Shown here: piece after piece, positions 39,207 through 48,546 of the stretch
Position numbering within the stretch: the stretch's first letter is position 1
Layout: each line of letters opens with the position of its first letter
Virus record (IMG/VR): IMGVR_UViG_3300019886_000006
Coordinates: 1 to 58,136 of that record
Direction: 5' to 3' (one strand)
Source of the DNA: a virus
Taxonomy: Duplodnaviria; Caudoviricetes
Length of the DNA: 58,136 nucleotides
The notes under the pieces: generated by a model
The model's input: only the letters and a program-made list of their open reading frames with translations
Told to the model about the DNA's origin: nothing
The model's database searches: none
Translations under genes and position numbers: made by a program

Positions 39207-39605
39207 TTATATAACCGTCAATACAAAACTGTCAACATCTTTTTGAAGTAATCGAAGTTTAGCAAAAGTCGCCTTACTACCCATTATCATACCACCATTA
39301 CGTTCGCTGCCTATTAAAATACACCCATCACTGTCTTGATTAAAGTTACCGATATGTATTAATATACCTGTTACTGACTTACCTTGGAATTTAGGTACAT
39401 TCTGTAGTTCATAAGTAGTATAATTTAGTCTATTAGGGGCATGTTCTACACAGATATATCTTCCAGAGGCTACCTTAGGCACATAATTATGTTCGCCTTC
39501 GAAAGCATGCTCTAGTGTTACTCCTAAAAAAGTCCCATCGACATCTGTAAGTATGCCGAAAATACCTTCTTTAGTATAATCATTTCTAGTTAAAATCAAG
39601 TCCAT
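39207..39605 (-). CDS. DUF5675-family protein (L,D-transpeptidase-like)
   Basis: 'TLE...P...G.Y...ILIHIGN...DSDGCILIG'. Confidence 0.8.
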   Translation of the reverse strand: MDLILTRNDYTKEGIFGILTDVDGTFLGVTLEHAFEGEHNYVPKVASGRYICVEHAPNRLNYTTYELQNVPKFQGKSVTGILIHIGNFNQDSDGCILIGSERNGGMIMGSKATFAKLRLLQKDVDSFVLTVI

Positions 39606-40029
39606 AAATAACCTTTTCTAATTTTGTTAAATCGTTTATCATCTCTAGTAAGTATTCGTAGTATTCTTTTAGTTTATTCTGGTTAGCCGCTGCATGAGCT
39701 GCATAAGCCGCTGCATGAGCTGCATAAACCGCTGCATTAGCCGCTACATAATTTGCATGAGCCGGCGCATAAACTGCATAAACTGCTGCATGGTACGACA
39801 TTGCATAAGCTGTCTTAGCAGCATCTATTAGCTCTTTCTGTGTTACAGAGTTTTTATCTTTAAGCCATTTCTCTACTAAGTCTAATGCCTTGTCTATTAA
39901 GACTAGGTTTTTAGGATCTGTACATTGTCGTGCATCCTTGGCACAATACAGAGCAAAAGTTACACATAATTCTCTAGGCAATGGCTTTAATAATAACTTT
40001 ATCTTTTGTTCATAGTTGATTTTACTCAT
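39586..40029 (-). CDS. Ala/Tyr-repeat helical protein with a C-terminal LTKLEKVIYG; paralog of 15285..15737
   Basis: Direct sequence similarity. Confidence 0.8.
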   Translation of the reverse strand: MSKINYEQKIKLLLKPLPRELCVTFALYCAKDARQCTDPKNLVLIDKALDLVEKWLKDKNSVTQKELIDAAKTAYAMSYHAAVYAVYAPAHANYVAANAAVYAAHAAAYAAHAAANQNKLKEYYEYLLEMINDLTKLEKVIYGLDFN

Positions 40030-41197
40030 TACTCGCCTTTACAAAAATCTGCTTTCCAAAATTTGCAGGAGGTTTTTGTGTTCCTACAGTAGCCCAAAGT
40101 ACAGGGTATTTAGGTTTATTTGGGGTATCAGAACTATCCATATCTCCGAAATATATTACACAGTCGACTTTAGGGACATATTTATTGTAAAAATCAAAAG
40201 CAGGTTGGTATGCTGTTCCTCCTCGACCTTTAAATGTATAAGTCTTTTTAGGGTTGAATTCATATGAGTTCTTTATCTCGCTATCTGCCTCTACTACATG
40301 GATATTGGCGTATTTAGACATCTTTGTTATTTCGGCTAAGAATTGTGATAATGACTCATCACTAACACTTCCAGATGTATCTATAGCAACCCCTACATTC
40401 AATTCTTCTATTTTAATACTACCTGGTATTGTAATTCCATACCGTCTATTTCTTTTCTTTTTAGATGATTCAAGTTTAACCTCAAGACTATGCGCCACGA
40501 ATTGTTTTAACTGTTTGCGCCAGTCAATAGTTTGAGAATTATTTAATTTAGAGACTAATAATTCATGTTCTGCTGTCATAGTTCCTGCTGCTCTAGTTCT
40601 TTTAGCTGCACCATTAATAACTTGCCGTATTTTTTCTTTCAAAGTCTCTTTATTACCATCAGACTCTAACCAAAGCTCATGACCTTGACCTCCGCCTATC
40701 ATTTCTTTCATCTTATCATTATTTTTAAGATGTTCGGCATAATATTCCATTGTCTCCCCGTCTTTAAGAGAAAATAATTTAGGATACATCCCTCCTTTAG
40801 GAAGATCAACTAATGAATAGTTTATTGCACAATCCGCTGCTATATTAAGTCTTTGATGTTTCTGGGTATTAATGATATTATCTGCAATTTTATCAACATC
40901 ATTTTCATATTTCTTAACTTCATAAATCTCAGGAGCTAGATCTTTGAATCTACTAATATGATTTCTTAGTATATGCTCACACTCGTGCTTAAGTATAGCT
41001 ACTCTCTCATTTATTGTTAGTTTACAGAAGAAATCCGGATTTATATGGAGTTCTACTACATCTTTTATACAAACTCCTGCGGTAGGGATTCTTCTAGAAA
41101 TCACACGCCTCATTTGACATATGATTTCTCCATAAAATCTTTCAGATTCTAATAAAGCTACAATAGAATCTGAAAGATTATCATTATACGATTCCAT
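40022..41197 (-). CDS. HExxH metallopeptidase plus VWA domain protein (DUF2201-like)
   Basis: 'HECEH', 'NIAADCAIN', MIDAS 'IDTSGS', 'GRGGT', 'FGD'. Confidence 0.9.
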   Translation of the reverse strand: MESYNDNLSDSIVALLESERFYGEIICQMRRVISRRIPTAGVCIKDVVELHINPDFFCKLTINERVAILKHECEHILRNHISRFKDLAPEIYEVKKYENDVDKIADNIINTQKHQRLNIAADCAINYSLVDLPKGGMYPKLFSLKDGETMEYYAEHLKNNDKMKEMIGGGQGHELWLESDGNKETLKEKIRQVINGAAKRTRAAGTMTAEHELLVSKLNNSQTIDWRKQLKQFVAHSLEVKLESSKKKRNRRYGITIPGSIKIEELNVGVAIDTSGSVSDESLSQFLAEITKMSKYANIHVVEADSEIKNSYEFNPKKTYTFKGRGGTAYQPAFDFYNKYVPKVDCVIYFGDMDSSDTPNKPKYPVLWATVGTQKPPANFGKQIFVKASNE

Positions 41198-41211
41198 CGT
41201 ACCGCCTATCT

Positions 41212-42330
41212 TCAGATATTTTTTATAGTCCTGGTTTTCAATACTTCTTGTGTTAGGTCTAGCAATATATTTTCATGTTTCTTATCTGACCCGTATTCAA
41301 TAAAAACCATATTTCCTGCTTTTACTAATTCATCAATCATTACTACTGCGATATCTTTGGGAATAGTAGTTAAGAACTTTGTTAAATTATCTTTTTCTTT
41401 ATCAGTTAGGTTTATATTAGCATCGTTTTTGAGTTTCAATGACTCTCTAAGATTATCTCTAGTACTATTTAAAAAGGATGCTTGGACATTTTCAGGATTA
41501 CTCCACTTCTCTACTAATTCAGGGTTAGAGTCCAATAGTACTTGTTCTCCTGATAATGGCTTGTCTGTCTCTTTCATATACTGTTGGTATGCTATTGTAC
41601 GTTCTAAACCTATAATTCCTGGCATTAAATGCTGCATTAAATGCTGCGGAGTTTTTAAAGTAAACAACTTTCCTAGTCTTTCATACGCCCTACGATCAAC
41701 TTTTACAGGCAATTCATAATCCTGGGGGTTACTATTCTCAAGGAACTGGGGTTGATCCTGAATAAACCCGATTAATGTAGGCTCGATATTCTTAGTTTTT
41801 GCATACTCAACCCATTCTTTTACAGTAGGTTCTAGTTTGATATGTACGAAACGCGCCATAAGAGCTGTTTCATCTACATCAGTTACCTGGTAATCATCCG
41901 TAGGTGGGTTACCAGCAGCTATAATATGACAATTCTTAGGTAACTTAATGGTATGAAAAGTCTTGTCTAAAGCAAGACTAAAGATACCAGACAGAATGTC
42001 ACGACGGGCACGATTAAATTCGTCTAGGAATATAATGGCTCCTGATTCTGGGTTTTCTTCACAGTATGTAATTGTGTCTTTAAGCCATTTAGGAATAGCA
42101 AAGGAAGTTGATTTAGACCCATCACCGTTGTCTACGAATTCTGCAAGACCCAGGATATCTCCAAGATCTGACTGTGTTCCAAGATAGAACGGGAAGAATT
42201 TATATCCTTTTTCTTCGGCGTATTGCTTTACTGCCGCAGATTTTCCTACTCCAGCTGCGCCCCAAACAAAAGGTGTTAATTGAGCCTCAAACATGTATTT
42301 CAAACTATCTTTAAAATCTTGGATATTCAA
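41212..42330 (-). CDS. MoxR-like AAA+ ATPase
   Basis: 'GAAGVGKS', 'IFLDEFNR', 'AAGNP', 'ALMARF'. Confidence 0.9.
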   Translation of the reverse strand: MNIQDFKDSLKYMFEAQLTPFVWGAAGVGKSAAVKQYAEEKGYKFFPFYLGTQSDLGDILGLAEFVDNGDGSKSTSFAIPKWLKDTITYCEENPESGAIIFLDEFNRARRDILSGIFSLALDKTFHTIKLPKNCHIIAAGNPPTDDYQVTDVDETALMARFVHIKLEPTVKEWVEYAKTKNIEPTLIGFIQDQPQFLENSNPQDYELPVKVDRRAYERLGKLFTLKTPQHLMQHLMPGIIGLERTIAYQQYMKETDKPLSGEQVLLDSNPELVEKWSNPENVQASFLNSTRDNLRESLKLKNDANINLTDKEKDNLTKFLTTIPKDIAVVMIDELVKAGNMVFIEYGSDKKHENILLDLTQEVLKTRTIKNI

Positions 42331-42340
42331 ACATTGCTCC

Positions 42341-43351
42341 TTAGTTATTTGTTATTTCTAACTTTACAGGTTCTACCCGGTATTCGTCAAGTAAAACATT
42401 TTTCTGGTCATTGAAGTGTCTCAATAAGAAACGATGGCTATTATCTTTAAATATAATGACTTTACCGCTATCTTTACCTGGGTATGTTCTTAGACACCTT
42501 CCTACAGACTGCATTAGGTTAGATTTGGCTCGTCCAAGACCGGCAATTATTACATACTCACATGGCTTGGTGTCTATACCTTCAGATACTACCCCTGTCG
42601 TACCGATAAGAGCCTTAATTTCTCCATTATTGAATTGCCGGATATAGTCTTTAGTCATCTCATCCTCGCCATAAACGAAAGGAATTCCAGTCATCTCTGA
42701 CAATATCTTACCATGTATTATCTCTTTTACCAGGCATAATGTAGGAATTCCGTTAAGTCTAGATAGTATTGTTCCTATCATGATGTTTCTTATTTCATTA
42801 TGGACTACTAGTTCTCTATATACTTCTTGATATGTATCGGCGTTTGTTTTTTGCTTAGGGACTTGGTAAAAGAATGCATCAACTGGAACTATATAGCCTC
42901 TATTTACGGCATCTTTATATGTCAGTTTATAAATAAGTTGGCCGCAGATGGCTTCTAGTAATAATGACTCTTCACTATCATTTCTAAAGAATGTGGCTGT
43001 CATGAAATAACGGTAATATATACCGTTCCACATTTTTTTATTTAGTTTATGGAATGTTTTAGCAGCTGCTCTATGTGCTTCATCTATAATTAAAACATCA
43101 TAATTACCATCTTTATTAAGAGTATTAGAGTCTATATTTTCGACAGTAACATTTTTCAGGTCTTTAAGAGTCTCTTTCATTTGCGCTTTAATATTCAGAT
43201 TAGGCACAATAACTAAGGTACGAAGGCCTAAAGCCTCTATAATAAGTTTTATAACATGACTTTTACCAGCGCCAGTAGGCATAGATATACCTCCGCGTCC
43301 GTGTTTAAGTGCGGCTTTAACAGCATTTATTTGATCAGGATATGGTTTTAT
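42341..43351 (-). CDS. SF2 DEAH helicase core (UvsW/ResIII-like), probable ATA start
   Basis: Frame open 23 codons upstream of the listed ATG, including the Q-motif 'PYPDQ'; 'MPTGAGKS', 'DEAH', 'TAT', 'QSVGRCLR'; GGAG lies 6 nt before ATA 43351. Confidence 0.85.
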   Translation of the reverse strand: MKPYPDQINAVKAALKHGRGGISMPTGAGKSHVIKLIIEALGLRTLVIVPNLNIKAQMKETLKDLKNVTVENIDSNTLNKDGNYDVLIIDEAHRAAAKTFHKLNKKMWNGIYYRYFMTATFFRNDSEESLLLEAICGQLIYKLTYKDAVNRGYIVPVDAFFYQVPKQKTNADTYQEVYRELVVHNEIRNIMIGTILSRLNGIPTLCLVKEIIHGKILSEMTGIPFVYGEDEMTKDYIRQFNNGEIKALIGTTGVVSEGIDTKPCEYVIIAGLGRAKSNLMQSVGRCLRTYPGKDSGKVIIFKDNSHRFLLRHFNDQKNVLLDEYRVEPVKLEITNN

Positions 43352-43577
43352 CGACTACTCCGTATATGACTTTTTCTAGTTTAGAAGGCTTTTTATCAAA
43401 AAATACAAGTTCTGCTGCTATCCAGAATTTACCCTTATTATGCCCACTATAGTATAAATAACTTTTGCTTCCTGTGATAATTTCCTCTATTTTAGAGATT
43501 TTAAATAATATTCCTACATTCTCATCGTCGTAATATTTATCACTTATTATAATCGCCCAGTCTCCTATTTTTGCCAT
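43335..43577 (-). CDS. LxxLEKVIYG-motif protein
   Basis: 'KIGDWA' ... 'PSKLEKVIYGV'. Confidence 0.75.
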   Translation of the reverse strand: MAKIGDWAIIISDKYYDDENVGILFKISKIEEIITGSKSYLYYSGHNKGKFWIAAELVFFDKKPSKLEKVIYGVVDKTIS

Positions 43578-43792
43578 TAACTACCTTCCTTATCATCTAT
43601 CCCGTAAATTACTCTTTCAAGTTTTGTTAAGTTGTCTATTTTTTTAAAATTTCTTTTATCCCATATAAAAGTAAGGCCTTTGAAGTCATATACTTTGTAT
43701 TGGCTCGGAGTGTCATAACAAGCCATGAATACTTGTCCTTTAGTTAGGGTGCCTAAAGGACTGGTTATTAAAGACTCTACAAAGAATTTCAT
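43577..43792 (-). CDS. LxxLEKVIYG-motif protein
   Basis: 'LTKGQVF' ... 'LTKLERVIYGI'. Confidence 0.75.
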   Translation of the reverse strand: MKFFVESLITSPLGTLTKGQVFMACYDTPSQYKVYDFKGLTFIWDKRNFKKIDNLTKLERVIYGIDDKEGS

Positions 43793-44046
43793 ATTGGTTT
43801 TCTCCGCTTATCTTTTGTTACAAACCCAATATTATTGGTATTTAAGAAATCGACTACTCTACTCTGTAAACCGCTAGCGAACATCCCTCGTTTGTCTAAC
43901 AATGACTTTCTTCTAGGACCATACCCTGAGAAGTAAGCACTACTACCGCCTATTACATAACTCAATAATTTACTGAGTTCTTTTTCATGAATAGGAGATA
44001 GCCCAATAATACGGGAATAGCTATTGTCGATTTCTAGAATCACCAT
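43789..44046 (-). CDS. Probable detached N-terminal domain of the SF2 helicase
   Basis: 'LSY...SLL...MFASGL..RV..FL......D.R.KP' resembles the pre-Q-motif domain of UvsW-like helicases. Confidence 0.55.
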   Translation of the reverse strand: MVILEIDNSYSRIIGLSPIHEKELSKLLSYVIGGSSAYFSGYGPRRKSLLDKRGMFASGLQSRVVDFLNTNNIGFVTKDKRRKPI

Positions 44047-44564
44047 TAATTACTTATCTCACAATTATCGCCTACAGTAAAGGTACAAGATGAGTTAATT
44101 CCATTACTGCTATAAACTCCCGGCGGTATATAAGTAGCAAACCCACCGTGGTCACTATAAACAGCATATAGATTGCCTGAGATACAGAATCCGACCTCAG
44201 TAAAGGTTGCTGGGTAGACAGTAGTATTAGGGCAGAACTGGACTATGCTAATGGGCGTTAAGTCTTGTCCAGGGAGTCCTTGAGGCCCTGTTGGTCCGAT
44301 GCCTCCTACAGCTCCTGTAGCCCCATTACACAGCGTATTGACCCCTGACCCTACTACCAGTACTACTCCCCCATTAGGACACGCCACAGGGCTTGCTATG
44401 AACGTATAAACGGGTACTACTGGACCCTTCGCCCCTGTCGCTCCAGTAGGCCCTGTTTCTCCCCTAGAACAACCAAAGATAACAGTAAGTATGATTGCGG
44501 CTAGTGTTATCATTAATACTCCTGCTAATACCTTTAATAAGAATTCTTGATACCTATAAGACAT
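44046..44564 (-). CDS. Collagen-repeat lipoprotein
   Basis: Signal peptide with lipobox 'IFGC'; Gly-X-Y repeats; Cys-rich C-terminus. Confidence 0.75.
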   Translation of the reverse strand: MSYRYQEFLLKVLAGVLMITLAAIILTVIFGCSRGETGPTGATGAKGPVVPVYTFIASPVACPNGGVVLVVGSGVNTLCNGATGAVGGIGPTGPQGLPGQDLTPISIVQFCPNTTVYPATFTEVGFCISGNLYAVYSDHGGFATYIPPGVYSSNGINSSCTFTVGDNCEISN

Positions 44565-44953
44565 AATTCCTCCATATGGTTTATATTAGATTAGACTGCT
44601 ATTAAACTTTAATCAAGATAATTCTATTGACTGTACTATTTTGGTACTTGACAGCCTTAATTTTTTGGTACAGCATAAAGCCAGTGGAGTTTAGCATTTC
44701 TACTTAATATTTAACATTTAGCCTTTTTTTGTTTGTTTTTTGGAAATACGCAATCTATGTACCACATGAGTATTACTATAAAGGCTTAACGCCATTCCGA
44801 AAAGTATTGATTTATTTATAATCCTATGTATACTGACCTTATGAGACTAGTATTCGACATAGCATTAGTATTAGTATCGCTATTAATAATGGCGTATATA
44901 GGAATTTTTTTCTTTTTGTTCCTTATCTATTCTTACGGAAGGTTATTGAAGTC

Positions 44954-45400
44954 ATGTGGCTTAATTTAAGTATTAAACAGACTATATATCTAGTAGTTAC
45001 CGTATTATTACTACTATTCATTTCTTTCTTAGCTGGTAAGAGAAGTATTAGCCAAAATAAAGAGACGATTACTTCTGTCAAAGACAATAAACAGGTCGAT
45101 ACTCACACAGTTAAAACCGAAATAGAGATTAAAAAAAAAGATGGTACGACACAGATTGTGACAACCACCGATACTGTCCGCTCCGTCATTGATAAAAAAA
45201 TAATTTATTCTGATACTAAAGTATCGTCTAATTACTTGCCTAAGTGGAATATATCTGCTATAGTCTCTCAAGATATCAAACATATAGGACTTCCGACATA
45301 CGGAGCAAGCATGAATCATACTTTCATAGGCCCTGTGACTATAGGCGGATTCGTATTGAGTAGCGGAATACTTGGTCTATCTATAGGAGTAAATTTCTAA
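44954..45400 (+). CDS. Membrane-anchored protein with a C-terminal beta region
   Basis: N-terminal TM segment; ends 'LGLSIGVNF'. Confidence 0.6.
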   Translation: MWLNLSIKQTIYLVVTVLLLLFISFLAGKRSISQNKETITSVKDNKQVDTHTVKTEIEIKKKDGTTQIVTTTDTVRSVIDKKIIYSDTKVSSNYLPKWNISAIVSQDIKHIGLPTYGASMNHTFIGPVTIGGFVLSSGILGLSIGVNF

Positions 45401-45630
45401 TGATTCCTGAAGGTACTTTAGTAAGAGTAAAACCAGGATGGCATGAAACTGGTCAAATAGGTTTGGTATTTCATCGTCACAAAGAAGTAGCATGTAGATC
45501 CACACGACCATATGTATTAAAGTTCCTTGACCCAGGATTTAACGCTATATGCGATATTTTTAATGCCAATAGTCTAGAAGTATTGTCATATAAACTAACT
45601 AAACTAGAAAAAGTTATATACGGAGTATAG
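45400..45630 (+). CDS. LxxLEKVIYG-motif protein
   Basis: 'EGTLVRV..G...GQIG' (KOW-like) ... 'LTKLEKVIYGV'. Confidence 0.75.
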   Translation: MIPEGTLVRVKPGWHETGQIGLVFHRHKEVACRSTRPYVLKFLDPGFNAICDIFNANSLEVLSYKLTKLEKVIYGV

Positions 45631-46020
45631 ATGAATTATAAAGAACTAGAACAAAAAATTATTAGATCTTATCAAGAAGGTATTACCCCAAGTACCGCCG
45701 AGGCATTAGCCGCCGAATTCCTTGAAGCTCAGATAAAGGTTTCTGAAGAGATTAAATCCTCTTCTTTAGAGGCTAGACTTCTTAAGTCTGTAGTTAAAGA
45801 AGAACGTGCTAAGCTATTGTATTCAGAAGCCACAAAAGGTGATAAAAAACCTTCAGATAGTATTTTACAGGCTATTGTGGATAGTAATCAAGGTATTCTA
45901 TCCCACCAGAATGCTTTTGATGAAGCCGAAGAAAAAGCAAATGAACTAGAACGTTTATACAATATTTTTCGTGAAGCACATATATTTTATCGCGGGGTAG
46001 GTAAGGCTAAGTTTGATTAA
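45631..46020 (+). CDS. UvsY-like recombination mediator (helical)
   Basis: Coiled coil of similar size to UvsY, next to the RecA-like gene. Confidence 0.45.
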   Translation: MNYKELEQKIIRSYQEGITPSTAEALAAEFLEAQIKVSEEIKSSSLEARLLKSVVKEERAKLLYSEATKGDKKPSDSILQAIVDSNQGILSHQNAFDEAEEKANELERLYNIFREAHIFYRGVGKAKFD

Positions 46021-46240
46021 AGAAGGAATATATATTTGGAACGGGTCTCTGGTGCGCGTATATGATATTCTTCCAACTAGCTTTTACTATGAATATATAC
46101 GACTACATCCAGGTACCAGATTTACATATGGAGGATACTCAGTATCATCAAATGGAGAACCAATTCAATATGAAAAATTTATGCTACCAGTAGAAAGTCT
46201 AACAAGATTAGAAAGAGTTATTTATGGAATTAAAGACTAA
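46013..46240 (+). CDS. LxxLEKVIYG-motif protein
   Basis: 'LTRLERVIYGIKD'. Confidence 0.75.
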   Translation: MIKEGIYIWNGSLVRVYDILPTSFYYEYIRLHPGTRFTYGGYSVSSNGEPIQYEKFMLPVESLTRLERVIYGIKD

Positions 46241-47102
46241 GAAATTCGATCTTAATGCCATTATTACTGAAGTTCATAAAGAAAACTCTAGAAAATCAGA
46301 TTTACTAGCCAAATTAGGCACAGGAGACAATCTAAAGACTCAGACAAAAGAGGATTTCATGACAATGCCTAAATGGTGGGTAGATGCTACCGGTACGTAC
46401 GGTATACCATATGGAGGTATGGTACAAATAGCAGGAGACTCTGATTCAGGTAAGACGTCTTGTGCTATCGAGGCTATGAAATCAGCCCAATCACAAGGAG
46501 TAGCAATACTATACGTAGAAACAGAAGGTAAGACTACTACTAAAGATCTTGAGTCATGGGGAGTAGATACTTCTCAAATCATGCTTGCCCAAAGTGCCAT
46601 AGCTGAGAAGGCATTCAGTAGTATGTTTAAGTTATGGGATAAGTTCAATAAACATTATCCTGATGACAAACTATTAGTCGTATTCGATTCTATCGGCAAC
46701 GTGGTATCTCAGCATGACGAACAAATGGACATGGCAGAGACTAACCAGCGCCCAGGCGGTAAAGGCAGGACTAACCGAGCAGGAGTAAATCTCATGATAT
46801 CTAGATGCGAAAGGCATAAATCAGCGATTCTAATCCTTAACTATACTTATGATAATATGGGCTCTCCAGGTAAGACTAATGCAGGAGGTAAAGCACTAAA
46901 TTTCTTTAGCTCTTTGACTTACCAGACATCTAGGAAAGGATGGTTAGAAAAGACTGTTAAAGGCCAGAAAGTCAGGATAGGGGCTAAAGTCCAATGGAAG
47001 CTCTTCAAGAATCACATTAATAAAACTAATCCAGGATATAAAGTAATAGAATTAGACATTACTTCAGAAGGCATATCATTGGCTGGGGTAGGAGATGAAT
47101 AA
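46224..47102 (+). CDS. RecA/UvsX-like recombinase
   Basis: 'GIPYG...IAGDSDSGKT', 'VVFDS', 'GGKALNFFSS'. Confidence 0.9.
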   Translation: MELKTKKFDLNAIITEVHKENSRKSDLLAKLGTGDNLKTQTKEDFMTMPKWWVDATGTYGIPYGGMVQIAGDSDSGKTSCAIEAMKSAQSQGVAILYVETEGKTTTKDLESWGVDTSQIMLAQSAIAEKAFSSMFKLWDKFNKHYPDDKLLVVFDSIGNVVSQHDEQMDMAETNQRPGGKGRTNRAGVNLMISRCERHKSAILILNYTYDNMGSPGKTNAGGKALNFFSSLTYQTSRKGWLEKTVKGQKVRIGAKVQWKLFKNHINKTNPGYKVIELDITSEGISLAGVGDE

Positions 47103-47340
47103 ATTTAAAAAAGGCGATAAAGTTGTAATTATTTCAGGAGATAATAGTAATGCGTTTCCTGAAGAATATAAGGGGTCAATAGGTACTATTAAAAGTTTTG
47201 AACCGGTTTACTCTCCATTCGGGGCTTATAGGGTTGCTATATACCAGGGGACATTTAGTATATGGTATATATACGAGCATTGTATGATGTCAACAAACGG
47301 CCTGTCTAACTTAGAAAAGGTAGTATATGGGGTTAAATAA
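47095..47340 (+). CDS. LxxLEKVIYG-motif protein
   Basis: 'FKKGDKVVIISG...KGSIGTI' (KOW) ... 'LSNLEKVVYGVK'. Confidence 0.75.
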   Translation: MNKFKKGDKVVIISGDNSNAFPEEYKGSIGTIKSFEPVYSPFGAYRVAIYQGTFSIWYIYEHCMMSTNGLSNLEKVVYGVK

Positions 47341-48331
47341 ACCAGTAGCAGTTATCATTTCGGATGTCCATTATAATCTTAAAAATTTAGAATTAGCAGA
47401 TAACTCTATGAGACAAGCAATCTCTAAAGCAAACGAGCTTAGTGTTAACCTAATAGTAGCAGGAGATTTACATGATACTAAGGCAAATATGCGTGCCGAA
47501 TGTATAAATGCCATGATAGAGACTTTTAAACTATGTGACAAAAAATTTCATGTAATGGTAGGGAATCACGATAGAATCAATGAAAAATCAGAAGCCCATT
47601 CCCTTAATTTTTTAAGAGGGCTGTCTTGGAGCGACGGTGTACACTCTGAGGCAGTAAAAATGGACACGAGAGAATTATATATGGTACCATATTATAGCAA
47701 TTTAGATGACTTAAGAGCCGAATTAAAACAGATACCTAGAGGATCAATTGTAATCATGCATCAAGGTATCCAAGGCTCAGATTCAGGTGAATATATACAG
47801 GACAAGACTGCAATTACTAAAGAGGATGTAGCGGGTCTTAGAGTCATTTCAGGTCATTACCATAAAAGACAAGATATTAAACTCCCAGATGGCGGTTTAT
47901 GGAGTTATATAGGAAATCCTTACACTCAGAACTTTGCTGAAGCTAATGACCCTGAAAAAGGCTTTCAAATCTTGATGGACGACGGTAGTCTTGAATTTGT
48001 ACCTACTAACCTTAGAAAACACGTATTGATAGAGAATGACATATCTGAACTTATAGCCATCCCATATTTACATAAATCTGGGGATTTAGTGTGGTTCAGG
48101 CTTAAAGGAACGAAAGAAGAATGTAGTAAAGTAACTAAACAACTAGTGGCGGATAATTACGGAATTACTGACCCGTTTAAACTAGATTTAATAACTATAG
48201 ATACACAATATAAGCATCATAAAAAACAGAACTTATCTCAGCCTGAATTACTTGATAGTATTATAGACTCGCTAGACACTACCGACGCTCGCAAGAGTGT
48301 AATTAAAGGTATATGGAAATCATGGAGTTAA
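47327..48331 (+). CDS. SbcD/Mre11-like nuclease
   Basis: 'SDVH', 'AGDLHD', 'GNHD', 'SGHYH', 'YIGNP'. Confidence 0.9.
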   Translation: MGLNKPVAVIISDVHYNLKNLELADNSMRQAISKANELSVNLIVAGDLHDTKANMRAECINAMIETFKLCDKKFHVMVGNHDRINEKSEAHSLNFLRGLSWSDGVHSEAVKMDTRELYMVPYYSNLDDLRAELKQIPRGSIVIMHQGIQGSDSGEYIQDKTAITKEDVAGLRVISGHYHKRQDIKLPDGGLWSYIGNPYTQNFAEANDPEKGFQILMDDGSLEFVPTNLRKHVLIENDISELIAIPYLHKSGDLVWFRLKGTKEECSKVTKQLVADNYGITDPFKLDLITIDTQYKHHKKQNLSQPELLDSIIDSLDTTDARKSVIKGIWKSWS

Positions 48332-48546
48332 AAAAAGGCGACAAAGTATTATTCTTAAAGGATAAAAACAATATATATTACTTCGTTCATGAACGCGGAG
48401 ATGGCACAGCTATTGTAATAAAAAATCCATTTACCTTTGGCACGTATGTTGAATGTATGTCTGACTTGATTCCTTATCCTACTACTAAATTAGAGTGTGC
48501 TATATACGGAGTTAATTATGAAAATATTATCATTAACTCTAAGTAA
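48313..48546 (+). CDS. LxxLEKVIYG-motif protein (variant)
   Basis: 'LKKGDKV' ... 'TTKLECAIYGV'. Confidence 0.7.
   Translation: MEIMELKKGDKVLFLKDKNNIYYFVHERGDGTAIVIKNPFTFGTYVECMSDLIPYPTTKLECAIYGVNYENIIINSK

Noticed and set aside
15285-40029. Diversity-generating retroelement template/variable repeat pair
   Set aside because: No reverse transcriptase; differences between the paralogs are not confined to adenines and include repeat indels
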